The notes below the pieces were generated by a model. That model ran no database searches, was not told the origin of the DNA, and saw only the letters and a program-made list of their open reading frames with translations. A stretch of DNA of 64,000 bases, taken from NCBI GenBank assembly GCA_965113315.1, contig CBCOUM010000020.1, one strand, 5' to 3'. Numbering within the stretch: the first letter of the stretch is position 1; every line of letters begins with the position of its first letter. Made by a program: the position numbers and the translations under genes. This stretch comes from Podarcis vaucheri (lineage: Eukaryota). Below, piece after piece: positions 52,586 to 63,070 of the stretch.

Positions 52586-55500
52586 AGAGCAGGGAAATCA
52601 GCCAGCAATCCCATGAGCCTTTGCACCAACCACTGAGGCCTGTGGAGAGTTGGTATTTGAGAAAGGAGGCAATGAGGAAGACTGAGAACCACCAGTGATG
52701 CCATTCATGCCAATCTGGTATGTCCTACTTACTGGTTATCAGGGGTTTAGAGGGTGTTTATAGACTTTCCCCCCACTATATGCAATTTCACATATACAAG
52801 GGGTACCCGGGAACGAAAGCCCCATGTAAGTGGAGAGTTGCCTGTACAGAAACTGGAAACCCTGGTTCTAGTGCAAGTAATAAGGGTTACTGAGAAAGGG
52901 AATAATATATATAAAGCGGTAGGGCATCTGCCTCGCATGCGAAAGGTCATAGGTTCAATTCCCATCATCTCCAGGTAGAAAGAGGAAATCTTCTGCCTGA
53001 AACCCTAGTGAGCAACTGCCAATCAGTGCAGACAATACTAAGCTGAGATGGGCCAATGGCATGACTCGGTATAAGTAAGTTTCCTATGCCCCTATGGTTA
53101 CTTAAAATGTCTCACCTATGAACCCACCGTCTAAATTAACTGACTAAAAATATTATGCTACAACTATGCTGCATAAGCAGACAGTATAACAGTGAAGGAG
53201 ACGGAGAACTGAGCATCAGATTACAGACGATAGGAGAAGCAGAACAATGCTAGCTAATCTAGTCTGAAACTGCTTTACCAATGAGGACTAAACTACAGCA
53301 ATGCTATCAGCAGTTTAAAGGGCATGTCTCTTGATTCCTTTGTGGTTTGGATCAAGCATGGAAGATGTCAAGGCTTCCTTTCCGTTAACTTTTAATGCCA
53401 TGGTATTACCTTAGCTGGCGTCCTAGTTTCCTGAAGAGAAAGCTGATGGTTAGAAGCGTCAGAGTGGAAGGAGTCGACAAAACACACGCTCGGTAGTACT
53501 GGAGGTATTTTCTCAGCCCGCTTGTAAATGCCTGACAGGAGAGAAGTGAAAAGAAGATCTGCTATGAAAATTGTTTGCACACGGCATACATTCAGTGTAT
53601 GCCTTATAGGAAAGTGGCAACTGGGTGTACTATTCTTGTTGAGCCTCCTTCAGATGCTTAGGATCTGTGCAAGCCCAATTTACACCCTATGAGCAGACGC
53701 TTGTTTTTAACTTTTTTTCTAACTTTTTTTTCACTTGCATTGTATGGCTTTTATCTTTTTAATGCTGTAAACCGCTTTGATATTTTTTATGATTTTGTGG
53801 TAAATAAATATTTATATAAAATTTTATATAAATAAACCAAGCCTTATGAGGAGCTGGGTATGTTTAGTCTGCAAAAGAGGAGATAAGACACTTTTGGCAA
53901 GATTTGTCTTCCATTCTTTTCCTTTATAGATGAGACAGAATATGCTTTCATTCCACCCACAACACAAGAATCTCTGTGTAGAGAATACTTCAATTGACAA
54001 TGCACAAATAAATGTACAGCTTGTGTACTGCATATGAAACTTAGTAAGAATGTACCACTGGACAAGTTACTGTAGTTATATGTTGTTCTTTTATTTACAT
54101 GGTTTAACTGATTCTTTGTTTTTCTTTGATCTCACATCATTCTTGATACTACTACTGAAATTAGTCAAATGCTGCAACAAAGTTTTAACTTCTGTAATTG
54201 TTTTTCAAATATATTTTAAAGACTTCCCATTTTGAAACAAATACCTGTTTTGGTTTATTCTTTATTTTTTTAGACAAGTTATCCAACTCGGTATATATTC
54301 AGTCAATTTTTAGATCCAATCTTGCATAGATGGAAGTTTGTCAGATTTCCAATTTGCAGCAATTAAAAACTCTTGCTGCAACCGTAGCATATAAAAAGGT
54401 ATCCCTTTTTTGAGGAGGGGTGGGGTTATATCCAAATCTGTAATCCCCAGAAGGTAGGCCTCTGGTTTTCTATTAAAGGAGATTTTAAGCATTTTTTGCA
54501 ATTCTAAATGGATGCCCTCCCAAAACACATTGATTTTCTTTCATTGTCACCACTTATGGTAAAGAGTGCCTGGTTTTTCTCCACAACTCCAGCAATCGCC
54601 TCGGACACTTTTGTACATCTTTGTTGGAAGTTTCTGCAGCCACAGCAGGCGCTGTAATTCTCCAGCAGTTTGACTTCACCTCTGGAGGTGGTGAATTGTC
54701 TCTTGAGACAGACAGATGCCAACAACTGTCCACAAAACAACCTAGACTGATTGCCCTCACTGCTTGGATAAACATTACATTCTCATTACTTGTTCCTGTA
54801 GCCCCCTTTCATCAACTTCCCTCCCCGACAACCGGGTCCCAAACTTCCGCAATCCACTTTGGGAAATCTAACTAGATCTAACTAGTAATTCTTATCCACA
54901 ACCCACCCACCTAATCACTAAGCCCCAAGGCACGCCACATTTATTTCCTTCCTCTATCGTCACAAAGACTCGATGTAGTAAACCACTGTTGCTCCCAGTG
55001 GGTTGAAAGAGGATTTCAACAACTCCCGGACCCAATTTCAACTCCAAATCCATTGCACCAAACTGGCTTCTAGGCAGCTGTATAACAACTCATTTTGTTC
55101 AGAGGAGAGACTATACCTCTCCCCACTTCCAGTCGTAAAGCAGGCATGTCCAAAGTCCATTTTGGCGGCATAATCCGGCCCGCAGGTCGGTTTAATCCGG
55201 CCCCTGTGGCAGTTTAATTTTTGGGGTAAAATTCTAAAAAAACACCTACTTCAATCCTAAAAAAACAACTTCAATCCTAAAAAATGGTTAACAACTTTGG
55301 TCAGCCCTCACGGCCCTTCACTTCATCAAATCTGGCACTCTTCGAAAAAAGTTTGGACACTACTATAAGAGTTTGGGTACTCTCCAGAGATCCCCGTATT
55401 CTACTGATAGAAAGGGGTGCTCTGTTCTTCTTTCCCCCTTGCTTCTCCCAAAACTCTGCTCAGGAGTGTTGGGGACCCTACAGTACAGCTTGGGAGGTGA

Positions 55501-58500
55501 AGTTGTAGGATCTGAGCTGCTTTCATGAACAAGAGGGTGCAATTGGATCTAACCAATAGACATCAGATACAGTCAGAAATATAGCAGGACATCAAGATAG
55601 ACTAGTGATAGCAAAACTGCCAGCATGCTACCTGAAAAACAAGTCCTTTTCTGTACGAAGAGTCCAAAACTGGTTGGACAGAGAAGCGGCTCAGTCGTGT
55701 GTAATAAGTTCCATATTCAGCAACTTCTGACAGGAGACTGCTCATGCTTTCAGGTGATGTTCCAGATACATGTAGACCCTGCTTGGCCACAAACAGCACG
55801 GCTGCCTACAGGGTTGTAAAAAAGAGGAAGGCATCAATAAAAATGTACAGCACACAAAGCAGTTACAAAATTGATACACAAGTCCTCATCATCATAAGTT
55901 AGAGCTACTAAATAGGTGCACTGTTTGTCTTTAAAAATCTTTTTTTGGGGGGGAAACCTACTATGCAAAAAACCACTAAGTGATCATTAATAGCTTATCA
56001 GCAGATTCAATATTATGGCATTAGGTAGAAAAATAAATATACACACATGGAAAATTATAAAGAAAATTAAATCCATAAAAATTCACATGGAAGCCCTTAT
56101 TTTCTAGGGAACAGTTCCCAAAACATTCCTTTCTGTACAATGCAAATTGCATTTTATTGCCAGATCTACCATGCCTGGATTGTGTGCTTGGGTCCATACT
56201 GGCAATTAATGTCAGTCTCTTCTTAATCTAGATTTACTGTTATTATTATATAGGTATTGGTTTTACTGCATATTTTGTACTATAAACCAGTTTCTGATTT
56301 GTATGTGTATGTTTTTTTAATGAATACTCTTATGATGGATACAACCCGTATTAGTTTTTTCTGTCTACTTAGTAACTCTTCATAAGCATATGGGTATATA
56401 AATGATACTTGCAGGGCATCTTAAGTCTTGTTTTCATATGCTTTGCAAAATTCAGTAACATGCATCCTCTCTGTGAAATGATGAATGTTAATATATTATT
56501 ATTTCTGCTGACATAAAACACAAGTGCGCATGCTGGGTCTTAAAAGCAAAGGTTAGAGCTCCTCAGCAGCCATTTACATAGTTCTGTATACCTGATTAAA
56601 CGAGAATGAAGTAGATACCACCCCAATAAGGACATTCAAAACATCTTTAACAAGTTCTGATTCTTTTATTAAAACACGTTGTGGAAGCTGAAGTTTGGTA
56701 CTGCTGAAAAACTGCAATTCCCCTTCTCGAAGTCTGCAAAATTTGTCAAAGGCTTCTCTGCCAGCTTCAGAAAGGTACGGCTCCTCTTTTTTCCCAGGAG
56801 GACTGTGTTTGGGGGGGGGAAAACAAATAACAATCAAATGTATAAAGTGCCACTCTGAAAAACTTAGGCCTGTAGAAGAGAGATATTCTGAATGGCTTTC
56901 ATCCAACCCACCATAAAGCCTAGGATTTTCATGGCCTCTATCAATTCAGATGTTACAGCAAAAAATGCTCATACAATTCTAGGCTGCATCAACGGAAGTC
57001 CAGATCTACTCTATTCTGCCTTGGCCAGACACCACCTGGGGTCCTGGGCAGCAGAATTTAAGAAGGATGTCAACAAGTCAGTGTGCAGAGGAAGGTGACC
57101 AAGATGATAAAAGGTCTGGAAACTAAGCCTAAGAGAATCGGTTGATGGAGTTGGGCACATTTAGCCTGCATAACAGGAGACTGAGAGGAGATATGAGAGC
57201 CATCTCCAAATATATGAAGGGCCGTTACACGGAAGATGGAACAAGTTTGTTTACTGCTGCTCAGTGGGTTGGAGAGACCCAAACCAGTGGATTCAAAATA
57301 CAAGAAAGGATAATCATTAGGAAGAGTTTTCTGATGGGAAGAGCTGTTTGACAGTGAAACAGTCTCCCTCGAAAGGTGGTGGACTCTACATCCTTAAAGG
57401 TTTTTAAGCAGAGGTTGGACAGCTATCTCTCAGGGTTTCTTTAGCTGTGATTCCTGCACTGCAGGGGGTTGGACTAGATGACCCTCAGGGTCCCTTCCAA
57501 CTCTACCGTTATAAGATGATCTCCTTGAAGTCACAAGGAGGAAAGGAAAGCCTGGGATCCAAAGGTTCACTGCAGCTGATTTTCATAATGGTAGACCATG
57601 GTTCAGAATTACATGCGAAGTCTCCCAATTGTTAGGATCTAAGCAGATCCATGGGAATGCCTAGAGCACATTGGGGGTTTGCCAGATTCCCCTCAGTACA
57701 ATGGATACCACTCTAGAGATTCCCCATCTGCCAGGCTCCATAACGTTTTGGAAGATACAACAGGAAGGCCTGAGAAGCTTGGGTGTGTATGGCCTTTTGG
57801 ATCCCAGTTTCCATTCAGCTGCCATTCTCAAGTTTATTGGGAACGTTAGAGGGGACCTGGTATTCAACTAAATTTTAATCAGAAAAGACACGGTGAAATT
57901 AATGTACAAGTTAGGTCTATTCATTTTAATAGGTCTACACTGAGTAATAACTTAGTTGAATACCACCCTAGGCCCTGAATTTTGCTATTTCAAAAATAAT
58001 TTTGGAAACTTGTTTCAAATTCACTGACTATTGACTTGATACTAATCACGGCAGCTTCCAACAAAAACTGCTCAACATTCTGAATCTTAAAGACAAATAC
58101 GTACCATCCAATCCTTTCCCAACATCTCCGCTTACTAGGTCCATAGGTGAGCACTGCTTCCCAGAGATCAATATCTGGTGTGACACTGGGTTCTGACTGA
58201 GAGTCAGGGGTGAGATTGGATGCAGACTGGAATCCCTCATCTTCTGAAGGATCTATACTTTGGGGGACCTATAAAAACATGTACCCAGTTGATTATCTTT
58301 CAGCACAGTGATTTTCCATAATTGTGACCAAAACAGTTAACTTCTTTGCCTGCCAGGGGTGTGACTGGATGCAGACTGGAATCCCTCATCTTCTGAAGGA
58401 ACTAAAGGGCATAGCAAGAAACAATACTGACCATAAACGTGGGTTCAAATCCTTGTTTAGCCACACAATAAGACGTGGTTCCCCTGCCCCCTCTTTAAAA

Positions 58501-59824
58501 TGAGAACACTAATGAGCTATCTTACAAAGCTACTGCAATATACAAATTGTGATCAGATCAGGATACATCATTTGGTAGGATTCAGGAGAGAAATACATGA
58601 AGCATTTCCTTCAAACAAAAATACTGCCTTCTCCCTCCCCCTGCTCCTTAAATTTCAAAAGTTGTTTACAATGGTGTATACTGTTATATACAAGGTGTTG
58701 GAGGAAAAGCAAGTGAAAAAGGCAACAAAAGCCCTGCTGCACATATAAATCTGACACACAAGATGGTGGCTACAGATTGTACCCCTTTGGATTTCAAAAA
58801 TAGTGTGACATGTGGAAACTACTATTTGCAAAGGAGCTGAATGGGTCAGAATGCTGCAAGTGCTCTCAGATGCACAAGCAAGAGAGAAAGGGAAACACCA
58901 GGTAGACAACAGAAGGAAGACACGAGGAAATTATTAAAAAAGAATTTTGCTCACGAGCGTCTAACTGCAAACAACAGCACTGATGAAGAAGATGCCCAAT
59001 TTATTACAACTTGCATGCTCTAACAAATATCTATCCTAAATATAAATAAAATAAGGGTCACTGAAAATGTTCCATACCTTGATTGCAAGTCCAGACAAAT
59101 CTGCACTGTCAGGCACTGGTGGAAAATCCAACTTGATATCCATGTCGTATGTACGACTGTGAATAAGAGCCCCAAAGAGCGAGACACGGGTTTCTCTCTC
59201 AAACTTGTCACCGACCGAGCAGCTTTGTGAAAATGACTCCACAGTAGGAAGACCTGTGCCAGGTGCTGCCTCCATGATCTGCAGTGCCTTTTGAACTGTA
59301 TCACTAAACTGATGTTCCTCATTTGCAATTAAAGCCTGCATATTGGCTTCAAACACACTAACATCATAATAATCGTAACCTTGGTATTTTACATTTCTTC
59401 CAACATATTTGTTGTTTGCAAAGTAGTCTTTCTTGGGTGGTAAGCACTGAGGTGGTCCTGTTCCTGCAAGCTGAACCAGAAGATCCAGAACAGATGTAAT
59501 TTCAGTAAATGGTAAACAAGTAGACCTTTCCAAATCATCTACAAGCTCCTCCAGCCGGTCAGCTTCCTTCCCCATTCCAGCAACTCTCAAGTTGAAAGAT
59601 AGCATTAGAATTCTGTTTTTCACTGGAAGTCTAGAAACATTTGACTGTGCCTTTTGGGTCTCATCCACGAAAAGGGTAGAAAACAAAGCATTATAAGCAA
59701 TTTTCTTGAGGCTTTTACTGGATCCTTTTTTGCTGTTCTTTTCCCTGCCCAAATGGACCTTCTTTGACAAACCTGCTATGTGGGCCTCACACAAATCACC
59801 AAACAGCTTTGTAATACTCTCCAT
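28017..59824 (-). CDS. TUBGCP6: Gamma-tubulin complex component 6, complete gene, 25 coding exons, 5151 nt, about 1716 aa
   Basis: All exons have GT-AG borders and join in frame from MESITKLFGDLCEAH to ...EDFLLRINFNNYYKDN-stop; GRIP1/GRIP2 regions and GCP6-specific 27-aa repeats; SELENOO-TUBGCP6 linkage as in human 22q13.33. Confidence 0.96.
28480..28660 (+). mobile_element. Decayed tRNA-derived SINE (Squam3-like)
   Basis: AGAGCACATC...GGTTCAATCTCTAGCATC...CTGGAGAGTACTGCCAG, similar to 52917-53095. Confidence 0.55.
29602..29801 (-). CDS. TUBGCP6: TUBGCP6 coding exon 24
   Basis: GLLTEKAAPVMNIIHSIFSLILKFRSQLISQ...FKYYSHFLFN. Confidence 0.94.
30078..30896. mobile_element. hAT (Charlie/Buster-type) non-autonomous element with CpG-island-like cargo
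   Basis: TIRs CAGTGTTTCCCAACC/GGTTGGGAAACACTG, perfect 8-bp TSD TACTAAGG. Confidence 0.9.
31919..32132 (-). CDS. TUBGCP6: TUBGCP6 coding exon 23
   Basis: LVKHASNSVQFRQLQLYKHEMQHFVKVIQGYIANQILHVTW...YLNKAIF. Confidence 0.94.
32528..32972. mobile_element. hAT-type MITE
   Basis: CAGAGGTTTTCAA/TTGAAAACCACTG termini; TSD GACTAGGA/TACTAGGA. Confidence 0.8.
33331..33510. mobile_element. pogo/Tigger-like MITE
   Basis: CTGTATTTACTCAAGTCTAA/TTAGATTCGAGTAAATACGG termini, TA flanks. Confidence 0.75.
33613..33745 (-). CDS. TUBGCP6: TUBGCP6 coding exon 22
   Basis: VDWPMNIVITENCMNKYNKIFSFLLQLKHMVWTLKDVWFHLKRT. Confidence 0.94.
33958..34152 (-). CDS. TUBGCP6: TUBGCP6 coding exon 21
   Basis: LGSGQTPGELLNPLVLNSILNKALQYSLHGD...LNCLELRYK. 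Confidence 0.94.
34447..34588 (-). CDS. TUBGCP6: TUBGCP6 coding exon 20
   Basis: VSLVNKAIVDYYFVELNIEKHFGALRHFLLMEDGEFAQSLSDLLFEK. Confidence 0.94.
35968..36136 (-). CDS. TUBGCP6: TUBGCP6 coding exon 19
   Basis: ELPVSHLL...DETAVQLSELLSLPVLMKRSITAPLVS. Confidence 0.93.
37399..37591 (-). CDS. TUBGCP6: TUBGCP6 coding exon 18
   Basis: VEEPEKS...WKKEEDYVKALSDQYCLEKYQDSYDLM. Confidence 0.9.
38195..38250 (-). CDS. TUBGCP6: TUBGCP6 coding exon 17
   Basis: AITMDDAKDLSTAPSQDVQ; phase 1 in, phase 0 out; CAG/GTGAGG donor. Confidence 0.75.
38547..38880. mobile_element. Tigger-like MITE (copy of 2896-3241 family)
   Basis: Same TIRs and internal repeats, TA TSD. Confidence 0.85.
38963..39495. mobile_element. 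Nested insertion: Tigger-like MITE containing an L2 tail containing a pogo-like MITE
   Basis: Outer termini CAGTCATAACTTGGTT/AACCAAGGTAGGCCTG; L2 tail 39038-39321 with TSD AAGTGAG; inner MITE 39149-39317. Confidence 0.75.
39676..40915 (-). CDS. TUBGCP6: TUBGCP6 coding exon 16 (large, contains 27-aa repeats)
   Basis: Matches ORF 39602..40882; RPRWNIHGHASDANIKIGE repeats. Confidence 0.93.
39860..40426 (-). repeat. Coding 81-bp (27-aa) tandem repeat, 7 units
   Basis: Seven consecutive (R/V)PRWNIHGH.S...I.IGE units, one diverged (HPHSNPHGH). Confidence 0.9.
41441..41576. mobile_element. Palindromic hAT-type MITE
   Basis: Copy of 5848-5985; TSD CTATAAAA/CTCTAAAA. Confidence 0.85.
42518..42631 (-). 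CDS. TUBGCP6: TUBGCP6 coding exon 15
   Basis: DMLEKLPGGKYRRKADIGE...SDSSIQ; phase 0/0, poorly conserved region so donor position less certain. Confidence 0.7.
42742..42880 (-). CDS. TUBGCP6: TUBGCP6 coding exon 14
   Basis: EELIDHYSKLSEEAARRERKALWKIQRHKLETARLKFLMEDQKRTE. Confidence 0.92.
43133..43488 (+). mobile_element. Full-length Sauria SINE (lacertid POM-type)
   Basis: GGGACGCAGGTGGCGCTGTGG head, B-box GGTTCGAATCC, (ACCTTT)n tail, TSD TTATAAATT. Confidence 0.9.
44131..44246 (-). CDS. TUBGCP6: TUBGCP6 coding exon 13
   Basis: RRRALKQEETDDDFSYARELRERERRLKALEEELEKRA. Confidence 0.92.
44386..44474 (-). CDS. TUBGCP6: TUBGCP6 coding exon 12
   Basis: QQISEKMVLDAKKREQFQKLKEQFEKDKE. Confidence 0.9.
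44573..44654 (-). CDS. TUBGCP6: TUBGCP6 coding exon 11
   Basis: DLRMEIEKQELIFHARETATKALKAFT. Confidence 0.9.
44807..44838. repeat. (CA)n microsatellite
   Basis: Direct observation. Confidence 0.9.
45479..46110 (+). mobile_element. 5'-truncated L2 LINE
   Basis: LVISRLDYCNALY...KLQLIQNAAARLV...HITPVLKDLHWLPV, L2 RT C-terminal region; (AATT)n tail. Confidence 0.88.
46322..46471 (-). CDS. TUBGCP6: TUBGCP6 coding exon 10
   Basis: HYICWSDIPVPRISVIFSLDELREIERDCAVYVGRMERIARYSTISKEEK. Confidence 0.93.
47904..48043 (-). CDS. TUBGCP6: TUBGCP6 coding exon 9
   Basis: KHYWTHGYVLISKEVEDCVPVFLKHIANDVYICGKTINLLKLCCPR. Confidence 0.93.
48714..49139. mobile_element. pogo/Tigger-like MITE, inverted relative to 24547-25020
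   Basis: Same TIRs and interior, TA TSD. Confidence 0.88.
49437..49528 (-). CDS. TUBGCP6: TUBGCP6 coding exon 8
   Basis: FIHDWVYSGVFRDVYGEFMIQVNEDYLGFR. Confidence 0.93.
49571..49893 (-). mobile_element. Sauria SINE
   Basis: Reverse complement of 43133-43488 with an internal deletion. Confidence 0.85.
50554..50663 (-). CDS. TUBGCP6: TUBGCP6 coding exon 7
   Basis: GVKLLSYLYQEALNNCSNEHYPVLLSLLKTSCEPYT. Confidence 0.93.
51144..51210 (-). CDS. TUBGCP6: TUBGCP6 coding exon 6
   Basis: YIAELCGIGVTAQGTAAASFPT. Confidence 0.9.
51514..51899 (-). mobile_element. Sauria SINE
   Basis: Reverse complement of 43133-43488; TSD AGATGTATA(A/G)CAA. Confidence 0.85.
52552..52582. repeat. (TG)n microsatellite
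   Basis: Direct observation. Confidence 0.9.
52917..53095 (+). mobile_element. tRNA-derived SINE (Squam3-like)
   Basis: GGTAGGGCATCTG...GGTTCAATTCCC...CTGCCTGAAACCCT...GACAATACT...GACTCGGTATAAG. Confidence 0.7.
53410..53531 (-). CDS. TUBGCP6: TUBGCP6 coding exon 5
   Basis: AFTSGLRKYLQYYRACVLSTP...FRKLGRQL. Confidence 0.93.
54000..55130 (-). mobile_element. Decayed L1-clade LINE 3' region
   Basis: CWSCGEKPGTLYHKWW (CCHC-like), FWEGIHLELQKML...YLLG...IAANWK, typical of non-mammalian L1 ORF2 C-terminus. Confidence 0.65.
55141..55365. mobile_element. hAT-type MITE
   Basis: CAGGCATGTCCAAA/TTTGGACACTACT termini, related to 2221-2409. Confidence 0.6.
55632..55805 (-). CDS. TUBGCP6: TUBGCP6 coding exon 4
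   Basis: AAVLFVAKQGLHVSGTSPESMSSLLSEVAEYGTYYTRL...GLVFQ. Confidence 0.93.
56592..56802 (-). CDS. TUBGCP6: TUBGCP6 coding exon 3
   Basis: PPGKKEEPYLSEAGREAFDKF...KDVLNVLIGVVSTSFSFNQ. Confidence 0.93.
56955..57515 (+). mobile_element. CR1 LINE 3' fragment
   Basis: ILGCIN...LYSALARHHL...KMIKGLE...RRLRGDM; CR1 3' UTR GGGGTTGGACTAGATGACCC...GGTCCCTTCCAACTCT. Confidence 0.85.
58105..58268 (-). CDS. TUBGCP6: TUBGCP6 coding exon 2
   Basis: VPQSIDPSEDEGFQSASNLTPDSQSEPS...RRCWERIG. Confidence 0.93.
59078..59824 (-). CDS. TUBGCP6: TUBGCP6 coding exon 1
   Basis: MESITKLFGDLCEA...DSADLSGLAIK; upstream acceptor near 59910. Confidence 0.95.
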
Positions 59825-61149
59825 GGCAGCTGCAGTTAACTGGATATCCTCTTGAAGTCAAGATCGTGTATAACCAGTACTAAGAATCTACTGGGGATCC
59901 ATTACGTTGCTTGGAAAAGCAAAAGGAGAATAATTAATGATCTTCAACCTACTGAAATAAAGTTTCAATTACTTTATTAATGCAACATCCTTACGAACTG
60001 TGCATTAAAGGTCTAGATCAGTGGTTCCCAATTAGCTAAGTACTGTGGGACCCCTGTTCTTCAAAAATCAAGCCATGGACCCTCTACATTTCAAAATTTC
60101 GGTATCTCTACGATTTTTTTAAATATTCGAATGGAGCCATGAACCCTCAACAACCATACCTTTATCTATACCCCCGATAACCATACCTACATTTATACGG
60201 GCACCTATGGAGATAATCCATTTCAAAATCAACAGTACCCAAATGAACTGTCATGAAAGAAATGGGTGGGGGAGAAGTTTGTCCTCCTCGCTCATGGTAC
60301 CATATTATTATTAATTTCATTTCTCTACTGCTTTATATTTTTAAGAAAAACCTCAAAGTGGTTTACAGCACTTTAAAACATCAATAAAAACAATCAAGAA
60401 TTAAACATTATTGAAGAAAGTAAAAAATACAGCAATACCTAACACGGCGGATTGGCAAATCCTAATGGTAGAATACCTGCAGCTAGCAAAGGACAGGAAA
60501 GATAAGAAGCCAAACAAAACAAATAGTCTATAAGGATTGGAGAATTTTTAAAGAATACTTTAAAAATCACGGTTAAAAGGAAACTCCTTGGCAGAATTAG
60601 ACTGAACCTTGCATTGTATAAATATAAGCTTGTAGGGAAGTTAGCAGAAACTATATAAGAAATATGTAACTGTGCGGTATAAGATAATCAACAGATAAAG
60701 TACAGCGAGACTAATTGGAAGTAATTTTTAATTTCTTGTTTTACAAGTTTTACAATCATTCACATCACTGGGAGTACAGATGATGTTAGTTATAAGAATT
60801 GTGTTGTTTCATATATTGCTATTGTCTGTTTGTCAATTTATAGTTTGTTTGTTGGTTGGTTGGTTGGTTTGCTTTCCTGGCATAAATGTATCTATTTTAA
60901 AGCAATAAATACTGTATATATATATATATTTTAAAAAGTCAAATATAAAGTATAGTCAAAGCAACACAGGGGCTCCTTGTGTGTCCCCCCCCCCGAAAAA
61001 AGCTGCTTCCTTTTGGTCTCCATCCTTCATATTACCAAAGTGAGCCCCTGCCCCCCCCAACAGACCCTACTTTTAAAAAAAAAGAAGGGGCAGTTAATGG
61101 GGCTTAAAAGGAGCCAGGATATAACACCAGGGCTCCAATTCAGCCTGTG

Positions 61150-61760
61150 CTGAGTGCCAACCCAGCACCACCCTGAGAGACCCCCATACCACCTAGAACG
61201 AAGAAGGCGGGAAGAGCTTCTAGGGTGACCCTCCATAACGCCTGGCGCACAACTTCCCCCCCATCACGGTTTCCATGGCAACGCCCCATACCAAACAGGC
61301 CTCCCGTCGCTCCGGGGTGTTTCACGGAGACGCGAACCGCCCGCCCGCCCAGTATTTGTCTCTCTTCAGCCCATCCCCGCTGAAGGGCGGCGCGAAAAAC
61401 GGGCGCCCCGCGGAGCTCGGCGAGCCCTCAGCGCTGCTGCTGCCGCCGCCGCCGCCGTGCTGGGAAAACGCGCTCCTCTGCGAGTCGCGGCCTTGTGACA
61501 TCACAGGGGAGCGACGAAGGCGGGAAGGCGGGGTTTTTAGAACGCCGAGGCCTCGCCGCCAGAGGGGAAAGGAAAGGGGGCGGGGCTAAGCAAGAGCCCG
61601 AGCGCGGATTCCTCCCTGGAAACGCAGCGGCGGGGGGGCGGGGTTTGTTGTGGTTGTCGGCGTGTGGAGAAGACGCAGTGCGCATGCTCAGGACGGGACA
61701 TGGCCAGACCGCGGGAAGTAACTTCTAGGGCTGCTGGAGCTCAAAGAGGCGCACGCCCTA
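61150..61760 (-). promoter_or_regulatory. CpG-island promoter and probable non-coding first exon of TUBGCP6
   Basis: CpG-dense; X-box GTTTCCATGGCAAC 61269-61282, GC box 61577-61586, NRF1-like TGCGCATGCTC 61679-61689, ETS GGAAGT 61714-61719; candidate minus-strand donor at 61192. Confidence 0.75.
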
Positions 61761-62959
61761 AGCAAATGCCCAGAAAGCATTAAACTCCTTTCCTACGGTA
61801 GCCCTTTCTAGCACGCAGGAAAGGTGTCATCAGGGTCTCCCAAATTTGGGTCTCCAGCTGTTGTTGGACTACAACTCCCATCATCCCTAGCTAGCAGGAC
61901 CAGTAGTCAAGGATGATGGGAACTGTAGTCCCAAAACAGCTGGAAGGCAGATACAGTACTGTACATTATAATTCAATGGCAGGGGAAGAATGCACTATGC
62001 TCCTAATGCACTATGCTCCTAATGAAAATCAGGTGGATTTTTTTTTTTATAAAGTGTTTAACGAAATGGAGGATATTCAAAAGGAGATTTCAATATGGTA
62101 TTAGATAAACGATTGGATAAGTCAAATCCTAAACCAGAGGAAATACGTAGTAACATTCCAGGATTAGCTAAAATTATGAAAAGGAAAGGTGAAAGATGTT
62201 TGAAGAGTGATGAGGGAAGGAGAGAAGAATTTTTTGTTCTCACCAGTGCATAAGACCTACTCAAGGATCGATTACATCTTTGTTTCAAAAAAATTAGTAT
62301 CTAAAATAACAAATACGGAAATTGGAACGCCGCAACCCCGGAAGTGAGCGTTCCAGTTTGAGAATGTTCTTTGGAAGCTGAACATCCAACACGGCTTCCG
62401 ATTGAGTGCAGGAAACTCCTGCAGCCAATTGGAAACCGTGCTTTGGCCCCCTCCCTTCTAGAACCCACCACTCTCAACCAACTCTCAACTGCCTCCCCCC
62501 AAAAAACATTCAAACTCGCTTTCAAAGCCGCCTCCAATCATCACTCTCCACCAGAATTCTGGAATCCAACTGGCTGCCCTGCTGTGGAGGACAAGTCCCT
62601 CTTGAAAGGACTCAGCTGTACTCTTTCTGAAAGCTAGAACACTCTCTGCCATGTCTCAGTTCTCCAAAGGTGAGAGCCTGGAACCCCATGGGCTCTTGCC
62701 ACCACTCGGCAGAGAGAGGGGAGGCACCCAACTTTTGGAAGAATATTTTATCCACCCTGCTCTGTGAAGTCATCCTGTTAGAAGCACTTGAGCTTCCTGT
62801 TCCTGGTTCCTAGGAAATTGGGGGAAGTGAGCTGCAGGCTCTCCTCCCTGCTCCAAAAAGCAGGCGTCTTCCCCCAAATGATCATAGGAATTGTAGTTTT
62901 AACGATAACGATAACGATATCTTTATTGTCATTGTCCCGTGAGAACAATGAAATTGAAG

Positions 62960-63070
62960 AACTACCTAAAACTACATAAAAACTACCATGAAACTACCAT
63001 GAAACTACCACAAAACTACATAAGACTACATAAAAACTACATAAAACTGCATAAAAACTACATAAAACAT
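62960..63070. repeat. Short minisatellite (AAACTACATA/AAACTACCATG units)
   Basis: About 9-10 imperfect 10-12-bp units. Confidence 0.75.
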
